The notes beneath the pieces are model-generated. The model was not told the DNA's origin. It saw only the letters and a program-made list of their open reading frames with translations, and did no database searches. From the sequence record PP400787: a stretch of DNA of 64,000 nucleotides. One strand, 5' to 3'. This stretch comes from Escherichia phage FL23. This document shows, piece after piece, positions 8,489 to 18,921 of this stretch. A program made the position numbers and the translations under genes. Position 1 is the first letter of the stretch. Each line of letters begins with the position of its first letter.

Positions 8489-9490
8489 ATGACTCGTAAC
8501 GAATATATCAAATCATTCAATAGTGTTATTGATGATAAAGCTATACCGATGTTTGGTCAAAATATCGTTCTTTCTATTATCAATCAATGGCTCAATAGTG
8601 TTGATGCAAGTATTGTTTCTTCTGCTAAATTTATTCATGAAATTCGTAAAATTTCTAGCCGTGTAGATAAAGATAATATCAAGAAAACCTTTAAAGAGTC
8701 TCGTCTTCTTTCATATTTGGTTAATCGGGATATTCTTGGTAATTTTGGGAAAGAAATTAAACGAACCAAAGATGTAGTAGGATATAATTGGTTCGGTGAT
8801 GTTAATTCTTATCATCTTAATAATAAAGAAGACCCTGAGAATATTTTTACTCGTCGTTGGATTAGTAATTTCAGACTTTTTAAGAAACAAATTCTAAAAT
8901 CAGCTTCTAAATTATGTTATGGCGATTATCGTCAAATTCATCCTTTGGCTTCTGATATGATTATCATAAAAGAATATGAACTTGATAAAAATAAAGCAGC
9001 TATTTTTGTGAATTATGAATTTTTTACACCAGAAGCTAATCAAAAGAACATTAATAAATTTTTCTCAATTGCTAGTGATACAACTCGTCAGTTAGAGACT
9101 GCATTACTTTGTATGGAAACGGTAGAAAATATTCATACTTATCCTTTTAAGAATATATGCGGTTGGGAAGGATATAAAATTGTAGTTAGTCTTCGTGAAG
9201 TAAAGTGCGCGTACTCACCTACTAATAAAGAAATTTATCAACAAAAATGTGAAGAAATTGTGAATACCCCTAAAGAAGAAACTACTCTTGAGGAACTAAT
9301 GGATAATCTTGATGATTCACCTGAATCGGTAGAAATTCGTCCAGAAGTTATTGCATTAGAAAAAGCTTATAAAGAAGTTCTAGAAATTTCTAATAAAGCA
9401 CAGAAAGAATATGAGCAGGCTAAAAGGATTTGGGAAGAATCTGTTAATCGCCTGGATCGTCTTGAACAAGCTTTACAGTTAATTAAGTAA
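8489..9490 (+). CDS. hypothetical protein with C-terminal coiled coil, tandem paralog 3 of 4
   Basis: ATG after GAGGAG; motif KKQILKSASKLCYG; coiled-coil tail. Confidence 0.5.
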   Translation: MTRNEYIKSFNSVIDDKAIPMFGQNIVLSIINQWLNSVDASIVSSAKFIHEIRKISSRVDKDNIKKTFKESRLLSYLVNRDILGNFGKEIKRTKDVVGYNWFGDVNSYHLNNKEDPENIFTRRWISNFRLFKKQILKSASKLCYGDYRQIHPLASDMIIIKEYELDKNKAAIFVNYEFFTPEANQKNINKFFSIASDTTRQLETALLCMETVENIHTYPFKNICGWEGYKIVVSLREVKCAYSPTNKEIYQQKCEEIVNTPKEETTLEELMDNLDDSPESVEIRPEVIALEKAYKEVLEISNKAQKEYEQAKRIWEESVNRLDRLEQALQLIK

Positions 9491-9542
9491 TTTAAAGCCA
9501 AGGATGGCTCGGAGTATAAACCATTAACCAAGTGAGAAGAAC

Positions 9543-10472
9543 ATGAAAACTCGTAAACATTATATTGATTATTTTGACAGTCTTATTACTAAACATCGTA
9601 ATTATCAGATAGGACACAGGGCAGTAATCAATAATATTCTTCGTGATTTCCTTCAATATGTTGGCCAGGAAAATCATATCTGTAAAGATACTCAAAACGC
9701 TTATTCTCATTCGTTAGGCAATTTGCTTCAATGGTTTAAACGTTCTCGTCTGTTATCTTCTACTGTAGCTAGTGATAACATTAAAAACTTTATGAAGCCG
9801 AGCTTCATTAAATCTGAGACATCTATAACCGATTTGGTTGAATTTACTATTGTTAACGATGTTAAAAAGACCCATTTGGCTGATTGGTTATCTACCATTC
9901 CCGAAACTAAATTTGCTGATAAATTCGCTTGTCAATTCAATGACCAAGTGAATATGCTTTTTAAGCATGCTCGTAAACTATTTACCGCGGGCGATGACCG
10001 TACAAATACAGTTCATGTTAAGGATTGGGTTATTGCTGATGAAGTAACACACAAGCCAGGTGGTTCATCAGTATTAATTAATATCCAGGTTCCTTATTAT
10101 TACTCACGTAATCTCGGCACCATGACAGCTAGAGAAATTAATAAGCACAACAAAATTATTCGTTCGTTGTCTTATAAACTCTGCACGATGGTGGAGATGA
10201 TGGACGTAGTGGAAATGTATGACGAAACCGAAGATAATGGTTCAATGCTGTACAGTTCACGCATTCTAATTAAACTGAAGAACCCTAATACATATAAGCA
10301 AGTTGTAAAAGAACCTAAAGCAGAAAAGGCTGATAATCTGAGTGAAGAACGCGAATATCTCAATGCTCGTTTGATTGAAGTTGAAGCCCAAATTGCAGAA
10401 CACACCAAATTGTTAAAAGCTCTTAATGCAAAAGCAAATGGTTTACGTAATGCTATTGAGGTATTGAAATGA
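9543..10472 (+). CDS. hypothetical protein with C-terminal coiled coil, tandem paralog 4 of 4
   Basis: ORF track; motif FKHARKLFTAGDD; coiled-coil tail. Confidence 0.5.
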   Translation: MKTRKHYIDYFDSLITKHRNYQIGHRAVINNILRDFLQYVGQENHICKDTQNAYSHSLGNLLQWFKRSRLLSSTVASDNIKNFMKPSFIKSETSITDLVEFTIVNDVKKTHLADWLSTIPETKFADKFACQFNDQVNMLFKHARKLFTAGDDRTNTVHVKDWVIADEVTHKPGGSSVLINIQVPYYYSRNLGTMTAREINKHNKIIRSLSYKLCTMVEMMDVVEMYDETEDNGSMLYSSRILIKLKNPNTYKQVVKEPKAEKADNLSEEREYLNARLIEVEAQIAEHTKLLKALNAKANGLRNAIEVLK

Positions 10473-10783
10473 AAAAGCGTCTATTAGAAGACATTGCAGC
10501 TTCAAGTAATTCCAGTTTAATTAAAATTATTATGGCCGGTGAAGAAGACGATTTGGAAATGCGTGGAAAGATTCATGGTTGTGATGATTATAGCAGCCCT
10601 ATTAATTGGGATTCTGTAATGGTCATGGTTGAACGCCGCGAACGTGCTTCTAAAAACGTTCCTAATTGCCCTGAATGTGGAACTGAACAGGTGCAATTGG
10701 TCCATTGGCAGACTAGTAATCTTCGTTATAAATGTCGCCATTGTAAACACCGATTTGACCGAGAAGAAAATGACCAAGCGTAA
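10469..10783 (+). CDS. small zinc-ribbon protein (104 aa)
   Basis: CPECG ... CRHCKH four-Cys pattern; ATGA overlap with upstream gene. Confidence 0.45.
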
Positions 10784-11012
10784 AGAATATATGGAGACTG
10801 CTGAAAAGGCAGTCCGTGAATTAGCAATAGCTTATTATAATGAACATGGTAAATTTCCTGATAGATACAGCGTGCTTAAATCTGCTTTAACTCGTTCATA
10901 TAAAAATATGCTATCAGAAGTAAGTGATATTATATACAAACATAAAGAACAAACGGGCCAAAGTCTTGATTACGACGAGACTTTTAAACAAGTATTAGGA
11001 ATTAAGGAATAA
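10770..11012 (+). CDS. hypothetical protein (80 aa); start uncertain
   Basis: In-frame ATG inside track ORF 10629-11012 chosen to reduce overlap with previous gene. Confidence 0.35.
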
Positions 11013-11013
11013 T

Positions 11014-11277
11014 ATGTTTAAAGTATATGGTTATGATAGCAACATCCACAAATGCGTGTATTGCGATAATGCAAAACGTCTCTTGACTGTGAAGAAACAG
11101 CCGTTTGAATTTATCAACATTATGCCGGAAAAAGGTGTTTTTGATGATGAGAAAATTGCTGAGCTTCTGACTAAACTAGGTCGTGATACTCAAATAGGCT
11201 TGACAATGCCTCAGGTATTTGCTCCTGATGGAAGTCATATTGGTGGATTTGACCAATTGCGGGAATACTTTAAATGA
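11014..11277 (+). CDS. nrdC: glutaredoxin (T4 NrdC thioredoxin)
   Basis: 87 aa; MFKVYGYDSNIHKCVYCDNAKRLL with CxxC; matches recalled T4 NrdC. Confidence 0.9.
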   Translation: MFKVYGYDSNIHKCVYCDNAKRLLTVKKQPFEFINIMPEKGVFDDEKIAELLTKLGRDTQIGLTMPQVFAPDGSHIGGFDQLREYFK

Positions 11278-11489
11278 TGCTCGAAGGAACTGACTATATT
11301 CATGATTACCGCGGAAGCGCGGTATATGTAGGTGATGAAGTTGCAGTTTATTATGGGTATGGAACTTTGATGACAGCCAAGGTTATTCAAATTAAAAATA
11401 ATCGTGCTAAACTCGAAGTTTATTATTCTAATGGTGAAAAGTCTATTTCTAAGTGGAAATACGGTGATTGCATGGTCAAACTGGGGTAA
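11274..11489 (+). CDS. hypothetical protein (71 aa)
   Basis: ORF track; ATGA overlap with nrdC. Confidence 0.4.
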   Translation: MMLEGTDYIHDYRGSAVYVGDEVAVYYGYGTLMTAKVIQIKNNRAKLEVYYSNGEKSISKWKYGDCMVKLG

Positions 11490-11784
11490 ATATGATATAC
11501 GATATTAGTGCAGCAAGAGCTCCATCAATGGTTACTATTCCTGTTGAAGAATTAGATCGTCTTCATAAAATTGAAGAACTTCTTTGGGAAATTGAATGTG
11601 ACCTGCCATCAGGATTAGAATCCTGGGTTGATTATGAAGAACTTAATAAGCTTCGGGGTTAAACCTTGGTGGGCGGCTAGATGGGAAACTGTAGAGCCAG
11701 AGCCGGAAGAACCGGTTTACACTGATGAAGAAACAGTATATAATGAACCAACGATAAATGACTTAATTGATATGGAGATGGGAC

Positions 11785-12270
11785 ATGATTACAGTAGATA
11801 AGTGGTTTAGAATTAATCGTGCTGATACAGGGCTATGTAATTACTGGCCGGAACTTAGTGCAGGTACTGTCTTTAAAGTTCGTGAACTTGCAAAAGAATG
11901 TGAAGATGATATAGAACCTGATACTGGAATTATTGAAATTGAACTTTCTGATGGAAAGATTATTAATATCTACGATAAGCCAATTACGTATTGGTGTTTG
12001 TGGAATACTGAATCAGTCGAAAATGGCGAAATTGAAGAAGTTGTAGAGCGAACTAATCAAGTTGTTCAGAAGCCTAAAGCTGGTTTTCAAGGTGAACGTA
12101 TTTCATACGCGTTAGCTAAATTAGCTGCACAAGAAAATAACGATGGCTATGAAGGAAATTTAATGCAAGCTGCCGCAGAGTACATTGAATGGCTTGAAAC
12201 TCAAATTTCTTTTTCTGACCGAATGATTCAGCAATATAAGCGATTGCATCAAATGTTTTACAATACTTGA
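11785..12270 (+). CDS. pin: protease inhibitor PinA-like (161 aa)
   Basis: Position between nrdC and gene 49 and length equal to T4 Pin when started at the internal ATG; sequence identity not verified. Confidence 0.6.
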   Translation: MITVDKWFRINRADTGLCNYWPELSAGTVFKVRELAKECEDDIEPDTGIIEIELSDGKIINIYDKPITYWCLWNTESVENGEIEEVVERTNQVVQKPKAGFQGERISYALAKLAAQENNDGYEGNLMQAAAEYIEWLETQISFSDRMIQQYKRLHQMFYNT

Positions 12271-12282
12271 AAATAATAAATA

Positions 12283-12311
12283 CCCTTATCTATTTAAGGT
12301 AAGGGTTTATT
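12283..12311 (+). terminator. probable rho-independent terminator
   Basis: accctta...taagggt hairpin followed by TTTATT. Confidence 0.4.
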
Positions 12312-12785
12312 ATGTTATTGACTGGCAAATTATATAAAGAAGAAAAACAAAAATTTTATAATGCACAAAACGGTAAATGCTTAATTTGCCAACGAGAACT
12401 AAATCCTGATGTTCAAGCTAATCATCTTGATCATGACCATGAATTAAATGGACCAAAAGCAGGAAAGGTACGTGGATTGCTTTGTAATCTTTGCAATGCT
12501 GCAGAAGGTCAAATGAAGCACAAATTTAATCGTTCTGGCTTAAAGGGACAAGGTGTTGATTATCTTGAATGGTTAGAAAATTTACTTACTTACTTAAAAT
12601 CCGATTACACCCAAAATAATATTCACCCTAACTTTGTTGGAGATAAATCAAAGGAATTTTCTCGTTTAGGAAAAGAGGAAATGATGGCTGAGATGCTTCA
12701 AAGAGGATTTGAATATAATGAATCTGACACCAAAACACAGTTAATAGCTTCATTTAAGAAGCAGCTTAGAAAGAGTTTAAAATGA
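12312..12785 (+). CDS. 49: endonuclease VII (Holliday-junction resolvase)
   Basis: 157 aa; Cys-rich CLICQ ... HLDHDHE ... CNLCN zinc site; matches recalled T4 gp49. Confidence 0.85.
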   Translation: MLLTGKLYKEEKQKFYNAQNGKCLICQRELNPDVQANHLDHDHELNGPKAGKVRGLLCNLCNAAEGQMKHKFNRSGLKGQGVDYLEWLENLLTYLKSDYTQNNIHPNFVGDKSKEFSRLGKEEMMAEMLQRGFEYNESDTKTQLIASFKKQLRKSLK

Positions 12786-13319
12786 CAATTGAAAAAGAAA
12801 TTGAAGGATTGATTCATAAAACTAATAAAGACCTTTTAAACGAGAATGCTAATAAAGATTCTCGTGTTTTTCCAACTCAACGGGACCTTATGGCTGGTAT
12901 TGTGTCTAAACACATTGCCAAAAATATGGTCCCGTCTTTTATTATGAAAGCGCATGAAAGCGGAATTATTCATTTCCATGATATTGATTATTCCCCTGCT
13001 CTTCCATTTACTAATTGCTGTTTAGTAGATTTAAAAGGAATGCTTGAAAACGGATTTAAGCTAGGTAATGCACAGATTGAAACTCCTAAATCAATTGGCG
13101 TTGCTACTGCAATTATGGCACAAATTACTGCACAGGTTGCTTCTCACCAATATGGCGGAACTACATTTGCTAATGTCGATAAAGTACTTTCTCCTTATGT
13201 TAAACGCACCTATGCAAAACATATTGAGGATGCAGAAAAATGGCAAATCGCTGATGCGTTGAATTATGCTCAATCTAAAACAGAAAAAGACGTATACGAT
13301 GCATTCCAGGCGTATGAGT
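12782..13319 (+). CDS. nrdD: anaerobic ribonucleoside-triphosphate reductase, exon 1
   Basis: N-terminal NrdD sequence; reading frame ends just after QAYE; exon end placed after a U to satisfy group I rule and a 605-aa product. Confidence 0.75.
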
Positions 13320-13532
13320 TAATTTAATTCAGGCTCATGTAAAACCGGTCTAAACGGGGAACCTCTCTAGTAGACAATCCCGTGCTAAATGTTTTTAGAA
13401 AAACTAAATGCCTAACGACTAACCGTGATGAATGTAGCGGTGTAGAATAGAAGCTAATGCTATTCGAAACGGCCGGCATCGAAAGATGAAGATATAGTCT
13501 AATCTGCATGGCGACATGCAGCAGTCATCTTG

Positions 13533-13540
13533 TATAAATA
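13533..13540 (+). promoter_or_regulatory. T4 late promoter (TATAAATA) inside intron, upstream of the intron endonuclease gene
   Basis: Exact TATAAATA 30 nt upstream of the HEG ATG. Confidence 0.5.
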
Positions 13541-13569
13541 AGATTATCTTATGAATACGAGGTGAAACA

Positions 13570-14340
13570 ATGAAATGGATAAAAAGACGTTGTACTAAAA
13601 TAAAAGATAAAGACGCATTTACATACTTAGTTAAGTTTTCTAATGGCGACATTTATATCGGTTATAAAAAATTTAGAACAATTAAAAACAAGCCCACAAA
13701 CTGGAAAACTTACACAACGTCATCTAAGTATATAAATGAACGCTTAAAAACTGATACACCTACTAAATGGATAATTTTAAAAACATTTGATAGTTATAAA
13801 GATGCATTAAAACATGAAGAAGAGGTCATACGTAAATATTTTTATAGCAAAAAATGTTTAAATAAATCCATAGGCGGTAAAAAGTTTTATAAGCATCCGG
13901 ATACTGAAGAACATATTCAAAAATTAAGAGATGCTCATAAGGGTAAAGTGTTATCCGAATCTCATAAAAACAATATAAAATCTTCTGTAGCTGAATATTA
14001 TGCTAAAAACGGAAGATCTAAGGAACATGTGCAAAATAATATCAATAGTCGAAAAAGTAAAAAACAAATATCGATAAAGCTTAAAAATAAAACTTTTAGA
14101 AGTTTTAAAAAAGCAGCGGAATATTTAAATTGCACTGAAAGTGAAGTCGAAACTCATCCTCTTGTTTTGAGTATTAAGACTACTATTCATAAAGTTCCTG
14201 AATATGTGGTTGTTGACGGTATTAAGTATACGTCTTATATAGAAGCAGCTAAAGCGCTAAATTTTCATCCTAGCACTATAAAAGAACGTTGCATATCTAT
14301 GGACTATCCAAATTTTGTTGTTTCATATAAACGGGCATGA
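13570..14340 (+). CDS. intron-encoded GIY-YIG homing endonuclease (I-TevII-like)
   Basis: 256 aa ORF wholly inside the nrdD intron; YLVKFSNGDIYIGYK GIY-YIG-like module; size close to T4 I-TevII. Confidence 0.65.
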   Translation: MKWIKRRCTKIKDKDAFTYLVKFSNGDIYIGYKKFRTIKNKPTNWKTYTTSSKYINERLKTDTPTKWIILKTFDSYKDALKHEEEVIRKYFYSKKCLNKSIGGKKFYKHPDTEEHIQKLRDAHKGKVLSESHKNNIKSSVAEYYAKNGRSKEHVQNNINSRKSKKQISIKLKNKTFRSFKKAAEYLNCTESEVETHPLVLSIKTTIHKVPEYVVVDGIKYTSYIEAAKALNFHPSTIKERCISMDYPNFVVSYKRA

Positions 14341-14366
14341 ATTTGCGACTCATGCTGAATATAATG

Positions 14367-15646
14367 ATGAAGTAAATACACTTTTCAGCTCTAATGGGCA
14401 GACTCCTTTTGTAACAATTACATTTGGTACAGGAACTGACTGGACTGAACGAATGATTCAGAAAGCAATTCTGAAAAATCGTATTAAAGGTCTTGGTCGT
14501 GATGGGATAACTCCTATTTTCCCTAAGCTTGTTATGTTTGTTGAAGAAGGTGTTAATCTTTATAAAGACGATCCGAACTATGATATTAAGCAGCTTGCTC
14601 TAGAGTGCGCAAGCAAAAGAATGTATCCTGATATTATTTCAGCTAAGAACAATAAAGCTATCACTGGTTCATCTGTTCCTGTTTCTCCAATGGGTTGCCG
14701 TAGTTTCTTGAGCGTATGGAAAGATTCGACTGGTAATGAAATTCTTGATGGACGTAATAATCTTGGTGTTGTAACACTGAATCTTCCTCGTATCGCATTA
14801 GATTCTTATATTGGAACACAGTTCAATGAACAGAAATTTGTTGAATTGTTCAATGAACGAATGGATTTATGTTTTGAAGCTTTGATGTGTAGAATTAGTT
14901 CCTTAAAAGGAGTTAAAGCTACTGTTGCTCCTATTCTTTACCAAGAAGGTGCATTTGGGGTTCGTCTTAAACCTGATGACGATATAATTGAGTTATTTAA
15001 AAACGGTAGAAGTTCAGTGTCTTTAGGATACATTGGTATTCACGAATTGAATATTCTTGTCGGTCGTGATATTGGACGAGAAATTTTAACTAAAATGAAT
15101 GCTCATCTTAAACAGTGGACTGAAAGAACCGGATTTGCTTTTAGTTTATATTCGACTCCTGCTGAAAACCTTTGTTATCGCTTCTGTAAACTCGATACAG
15201 AAAAATATGGAAGCGTAAAAGATGTTACCGATAAAGGCTGGTACACTAACAGTTTCCATGTCTCAGTAGAAGAAAATATTACTCCGTTTGAAAAGATTTC
15301 TCGTGAAGCGCCATATCATTTCATTGCGACAGGTGGTCACATTTCTTATGTTGAACTTCCTGATATGAAAAATAACTTGAAAGGTCTTGAGGCCGTATGG
15401 GATTATGCTGCACAACATTTAGATTATTTTGGTGTTAATATGCCAGTGGATAAATGTTTTACATGCGGAAGTACCCATGAAATGACTCCTACTGAAAACG
15501 GATTTGTTTGTTCTATTTGTGGAGAAACTGATCCTAAAAAGATGAATACAATAAGAAGAACATGTGGCTATCTTGGAACTCCTAGCGTTGTTCCATGGAA
15601 TTTAGGTAAAATGAAAGAAATGGTAAAACGAGTAAAACATGCATAG
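14367..15646 (+). CDS. nrdD: anaerobic ribonucleoside-triphosphate reductase, exon 2
   Basis: Continues NrdD frame (EVNTLFSSNGQTPFVTITFGTG ...); C-terminal CxxC ... CxxC zinc ribbon; exon1+exon2 = 605 aa. Confidence 0.75.
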
Positions 15647-16469
15647 ATATTATATAATTTATAAAATAACAAATATAATTAATTCAAAGGAATATATCGG
15701 TGCGCATAGCACCGATAACATAAATGACGGTTATATGGGGTCAGGAACATTGATTCGTGCCGCTTTATTAAAATATGGTAGAAAAAATTTTAATAAAGAA
15801 ATTTTACATGTTTTTGATAATGAAAAACAAATGTATGATAAAGAAGCTGAACTTGTAACCGAAGAGTATTGTCTAAAAGAAAATACATATAATATTAAAC
15901 CTGGTGGAAAAGGTGGAACTGCTTATGAACAGACACTTGAACATCGCCACAAAAATAGTTTGGCAAATAAAGGTAAAAAGAAAACAGAAAAAACTAAAAT
16001 AGCTATTTCACGCGCTTTAAAGAAATATAAACGTACGCCAGAGCATCAAGCAAATTTAAATAAAGCTGTAAGCATAGCTATGAAGCGAAAAGATGTTAGA
16101 AGTAAATTAGTTGGAGAGCGGTCTGAGAAAGATAAATTATCTATATCAAACGGTGTTAAAAAATATTACAATTCTTTGAGCGAAGAAGAACGCGTTCTTC
16201 TTCGCAAGCGAATTATTGAAGGTAAAAAGAATTCTCCCATGTCATTGGAATCTAGACAAAAGCTTTCAAAAGCTTTAAAAGGACTTCAAGTTGGTTCAAA
16301 AAATCCAATGTATGGAAAAATTTCTCCAACTAGCAAAACCGTTTCAGTTGACGGTATTAAATATGATTCAATTAAAAAGTGCTCAAATGCCATAAAAGTT
16401 TCTAGACATCTTATACTAAAACGCTGTAATTCTACTGATGAAGCTTGGAAAAATTGGATATTATTATGA
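15639..16469 (+). CDS. free-standing GIY-YIG homing endonuclease between nrdD and nrdG
   Basis: YYIIYKITNIINSKEYIGAH ... GYMGSG; repeated K-rich NUMOD-like C-terminal repeats; overlaps nrdD stop and nrdG start. Confidence 0.65.
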   Translation: MHRYYIIYKITNIINSKEYIGAHSTDNINDGYMGSGTLIRAALLKYGRKNFNKEILHVFDNEKQMYDKEAELVTEEYCLKENTYNIKPGGKGGTAYEQTLEHRHKNSLANKGKKKTEKTKIAISRALKKYKRTPEHQANLNKAVSIAMKRKDVRSKLVGERSEKDKLSISNGVKKYYNSLSEEERVLLRKRIIEGKKNSPMSLESRQKLSKALKGLQVGSKNPMYGKISPTSKTVSVDGIKYDSIKKCSNAIKVSRHLILKRCNSTDEAWKNWILL

Positions 16470-16936
16470 ATTATGACAGAATATACCCGTGCTGCTTTGT
16501 GAATGGCCCTGGCTGCAGGACCGTTCTTTTCGTTACAGGTTGTTTGCATAAATGCGAAGGGTGTTATAATAAATCAACATGGAATGCTAGAAATGGTATT
16601 CCATTTACTGGTGAAACACTAGAACAATTAATTGAATGTTTGAATAATGATTATATAGAAGGATTAACTATAACTGGAGGAGACCCTCTTTATCCTGATA
16701 ACAGAGACGTGATTCATTGCATTGTTCAAACAGTAAAAAATCTTTATCCCAATAAAAGCATTTGGTTGTGGACAGGATATAAATTTGAAGATATTAAACA
16801 ACTAGAAATGCTTAAATATGTTGATGTTATTATTGATGGGAAGTATGAGAAAAATCTTCCGACTAAAAAGCTGTGGCGAGGATCAGATAATCAGCGACTT
16901 TGGTCAAATACCGATGGGGTGTGGAAACATGATTAA
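16466..16936 (+). CDS. nrdG: anaerobic RNR activating enzyme (radical SAM)
   Basis: 156 aa from internal ATG; Cys cluster CCFVNGPGC ... GCLHKCEGC. Confidence 0.85.
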   Translation: MNYDRIYPCCFVNGPGCRTVLFVTGCLHKCEGCYNKSTWNARNGIPFTGETLEQLIECLNNDYIEGLTITGGDPLYPDNRDVIHCIVQTVKNLYPNKSIWLWTGYKFEDIKQLEMLKYVDVIIDGKYEKNLPTKKLWRGSDNQRLWSNTDGVWKHD

Positions 16937-17054
16937 ATTGAATTATATTATGGATACTATAAATGATATGATTTTTCATTTTGGTCCAGAATTTTATTCG
17001 CAATATAGTTTAGTGCTTATCAATGCTTGGTTAATCAATTAAAGGTAAATGTAA

Positions 17055-17267
17055 ATGTATAAATTTCGTAAAGGTTTAGCTGATTTTCTTACAACTGTAA
17101 CATTCTTTCTGTTTATGGCAGTTGGAGCTATTTTCCTTATTCCTTTTATTGCTATATTTTTCGTGATTAGTTTGATTTCTCCAGAAAAGGGTTTATCTTC
17201 TAGCGAGTTCAATGAGCGTCTGGATAAAATTACTAACAAGCTGAATGCTGCTCTTAGTAAGGAATAG
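17055..17267 (+). CDS. small membrane protein (70 aa)
   Basis: Hydrophobic core FFLFMAVGAIFLIPFIAIFFVISLI. Confidence 0.4.
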   Translation: MYKFRKGLADFLTTVTFFLFMAVGAIFLIPFIAIFFVISLISPEKGLSSSEFNERLDKITNKLNAALSKE

Positions 17268-17269
17268 TT

Positions 17270-17578
17270 GTGAAACAAAATAAGATTGAAGTCTATGGAA
17301 TTCCAGATGAAGTAGGTCGTTGTCCTGGATGTCAATCAGTTACAAAACTTCTAAAGGAGCTCAATGCTCCTTTTACTTTCTATAAAGTTCTTACAAATAA
17401 TGGTAAGATTGAGTATGATCGTCCACTGATTGTATCTCTTGCTAAACGAGCTGGATTCACATCTCTTAACATTCGTTATCCAGTCATTTTCATTAATGAT
17501 TCTAGACAAAAGAACATTAAACACTTCAAAGAAACTCTCATTTCACTTGGATATGATAGAGATATCATAGAAGACTAA
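17270..17578 (+). CDS. nrdH: glutaredoxin/thioredoxin-fold protein (NrdH-like)
   Basis: 102 aa, CPGC redox motif, GTG start; position equivalent to T4 nrdH. Confidence 0.65.
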   Translation: MKQNKIEVYGIPDEVGRCPGCQSVTKLLKELNAPFTFYKVLTNNGKIEYDRPLIVSLAKRAGFTSLNIRYPVIFINDSRQKNIKHFKETLISLGYDRDIIED

Positions 17579-17605
17579 GACGGGCCCTCTGGGCCTTTCT
17601 TTCTT
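17579..17605 (+). terminator. rho-independent terminator
   Basis: ggccc-tct-gggcc hairpin followed by T-rich run. Confidence 0.5.
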
Positions 17606-17905
17606 ACATTCTGTATATTACCATTCTAAGCTATCGTTCCCTTCTTATCATTCCCTAAAATAATTTTCACAAAGTTGTTTACAACGAGCTCAAACTGTGG
17701 TATTATTAACATATGAATTACCTTTGAGGAATTGATATGATTGATAAAGAGATTAAAATTGACCAGTATTATCGTGTTAACGGACATATCGTTATTGTTA
17801 CAGCAGTCGATGATCTAGATGTTCATTATACTGTGATTAAATGGAACAAACGTATGATTTGTGATCGTGCTGTATTTAGTTCAGTTGCTAAGGAAATTAA
17901 ACTCC

Positions 17906-18199
17906 ATGGGTAAAACGTATCGTCGTAAAGACTTAAAAGTGCGTGATTATGACTATTTTGGAAAGCGTAAAGCTCCTGATGGTGTAAGTCATAAAGATAT
18001 GGTTGAAAACATTTTTCGCTCAGATAAGTGGCGTAGAATGAAAGGCATTGATTCAGAAGTTAAAGATGAGCTAAATCGTCAATTACGCGGTGAAGTAAGA
18101 AAGTTGAAAAAATCAGTTTACATTGACGATGATTTTGATTATAATACTTCTCAACGAGTTGCTAAACGTAAATCAAACGAGTGTTATCGTTACAGCTGA
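17906..18199 (+). CDS. small highly basic protein (97 aa)
   Basis: K/R-rich throughout (GKTYRRKDLKVRDYDYFGKRK ...); start chosen at internal ATG. Confidence 0.35.
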   Translation: MGKTYRRKDLKVRDYDYFGKRKAPDGVSHKDMVENIFRSDKWRRMKGIDSEVKDELNRQLRGEVRKLKKSVYIDDDFDYNTSQRVAKRKSNECYRYS

Positions 18200-18338
18200 G
18201 GAAAATATGAATATCAAACGAATGCTTTTTAAACAAGGACTATATACTTTAAATGTTACTCCAAAAGGCGATACGACCAAGTGGTCAGTAAATGACTGGA
18301 TTAAATTTATTGATGAAAATGGCAATTGGGAAATTTAA

Positions 18339-18539
18339 ATGAATCCTGAATCTAAATTATCGCAGCGAATTGCCGAAGCTCGTCGTCAGTTCTTTGAAAA
18401 TATGATAGCCCAAGGTATTGATGACGAAGTTTTTCTAAACTGGTTTTGGAACCACAAATATTCAAGTTGCTCAGGAGCAATATTATTATCAGCCGCAATG
18501 ATGTATGAAGGCTGGAAGGGTGCCAAAAAGTTTAGCTAA
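18339..18539 (+). CDS. hypothetical protein (66 aa)
   Basis: ORF track; followed by terminator. Confidence 0.4.
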   Translation: MNPESKLSQRIAEARRQFFENMIAQGIDDEVFLNWFWNHKYSSCSGAILLSAAMMYEGWKGAKKFS

Positions 18540-18563
18540 GGGCTTCGGCCCTTTTTTGGATAA
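18540..18563 (+). terminator. rho-independent terminator (gggcTTCGgccc + T-run)
   Basis: aagggcttcggcccttttttgg. Confidence 0.65.
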
Positions 18564-18592
18564 TAAAATTTTAACGTAATTGAGGATAATGT

Positions 18593-18919
18593 ATGACTAT
18601 TCAAATTAAAAACGCCATCAATTCTTACGCATATGATAAAGTAGTTTCTTTGCTAGAAAAAGGCGATATTGTAACTCCTCAAATTTTGGATAAATGGGAA
18701 AAAGAGCTTCATCAGATGATGAAACAGAATGATCAGAAGATTGGACGCAATACTGTCCGTGAATTGTTGGTTCAATATATCTTGTCAGAATTTGATGTTA
18801 AAGCTTTCGGTGTAGAATCTAAAGCTTATCAAAAGCATGAAATTTCCGATAAAACTATTCGTCGCATGAAAAATCAACGCAAGAAAAAATTTGCAGACCT
18901 GAAAATTACTAAGGTATAA
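18593..18919 (+). CDS. hypothetical protein (108 aa)
   Basis: ORF track. Confidence 0.4.
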   Translation: MTIQIKNAINSYAYDKVVSLLEKGDIVTPQILDKWEKELHQMMKQNDQKIGRNTVRELLVQYILSEFDVKAFGVESKAYQKHEISDKTIRRMKNQRKKKFADLKITKV

Positions 18920-18921
18920 TT

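Larger units (their letters stand above)
13320..14366 (+). mobile_element. group I self-splicing intron in nrdD (boundaries inferred)
   Basis: About 1.05 kb interrupting nrdD at the position of the T4 nrdD (sunY) intron; ends in G; contains free-standing endonuclease ORF; boundaries not verified by structure. Confidence 0.55.
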
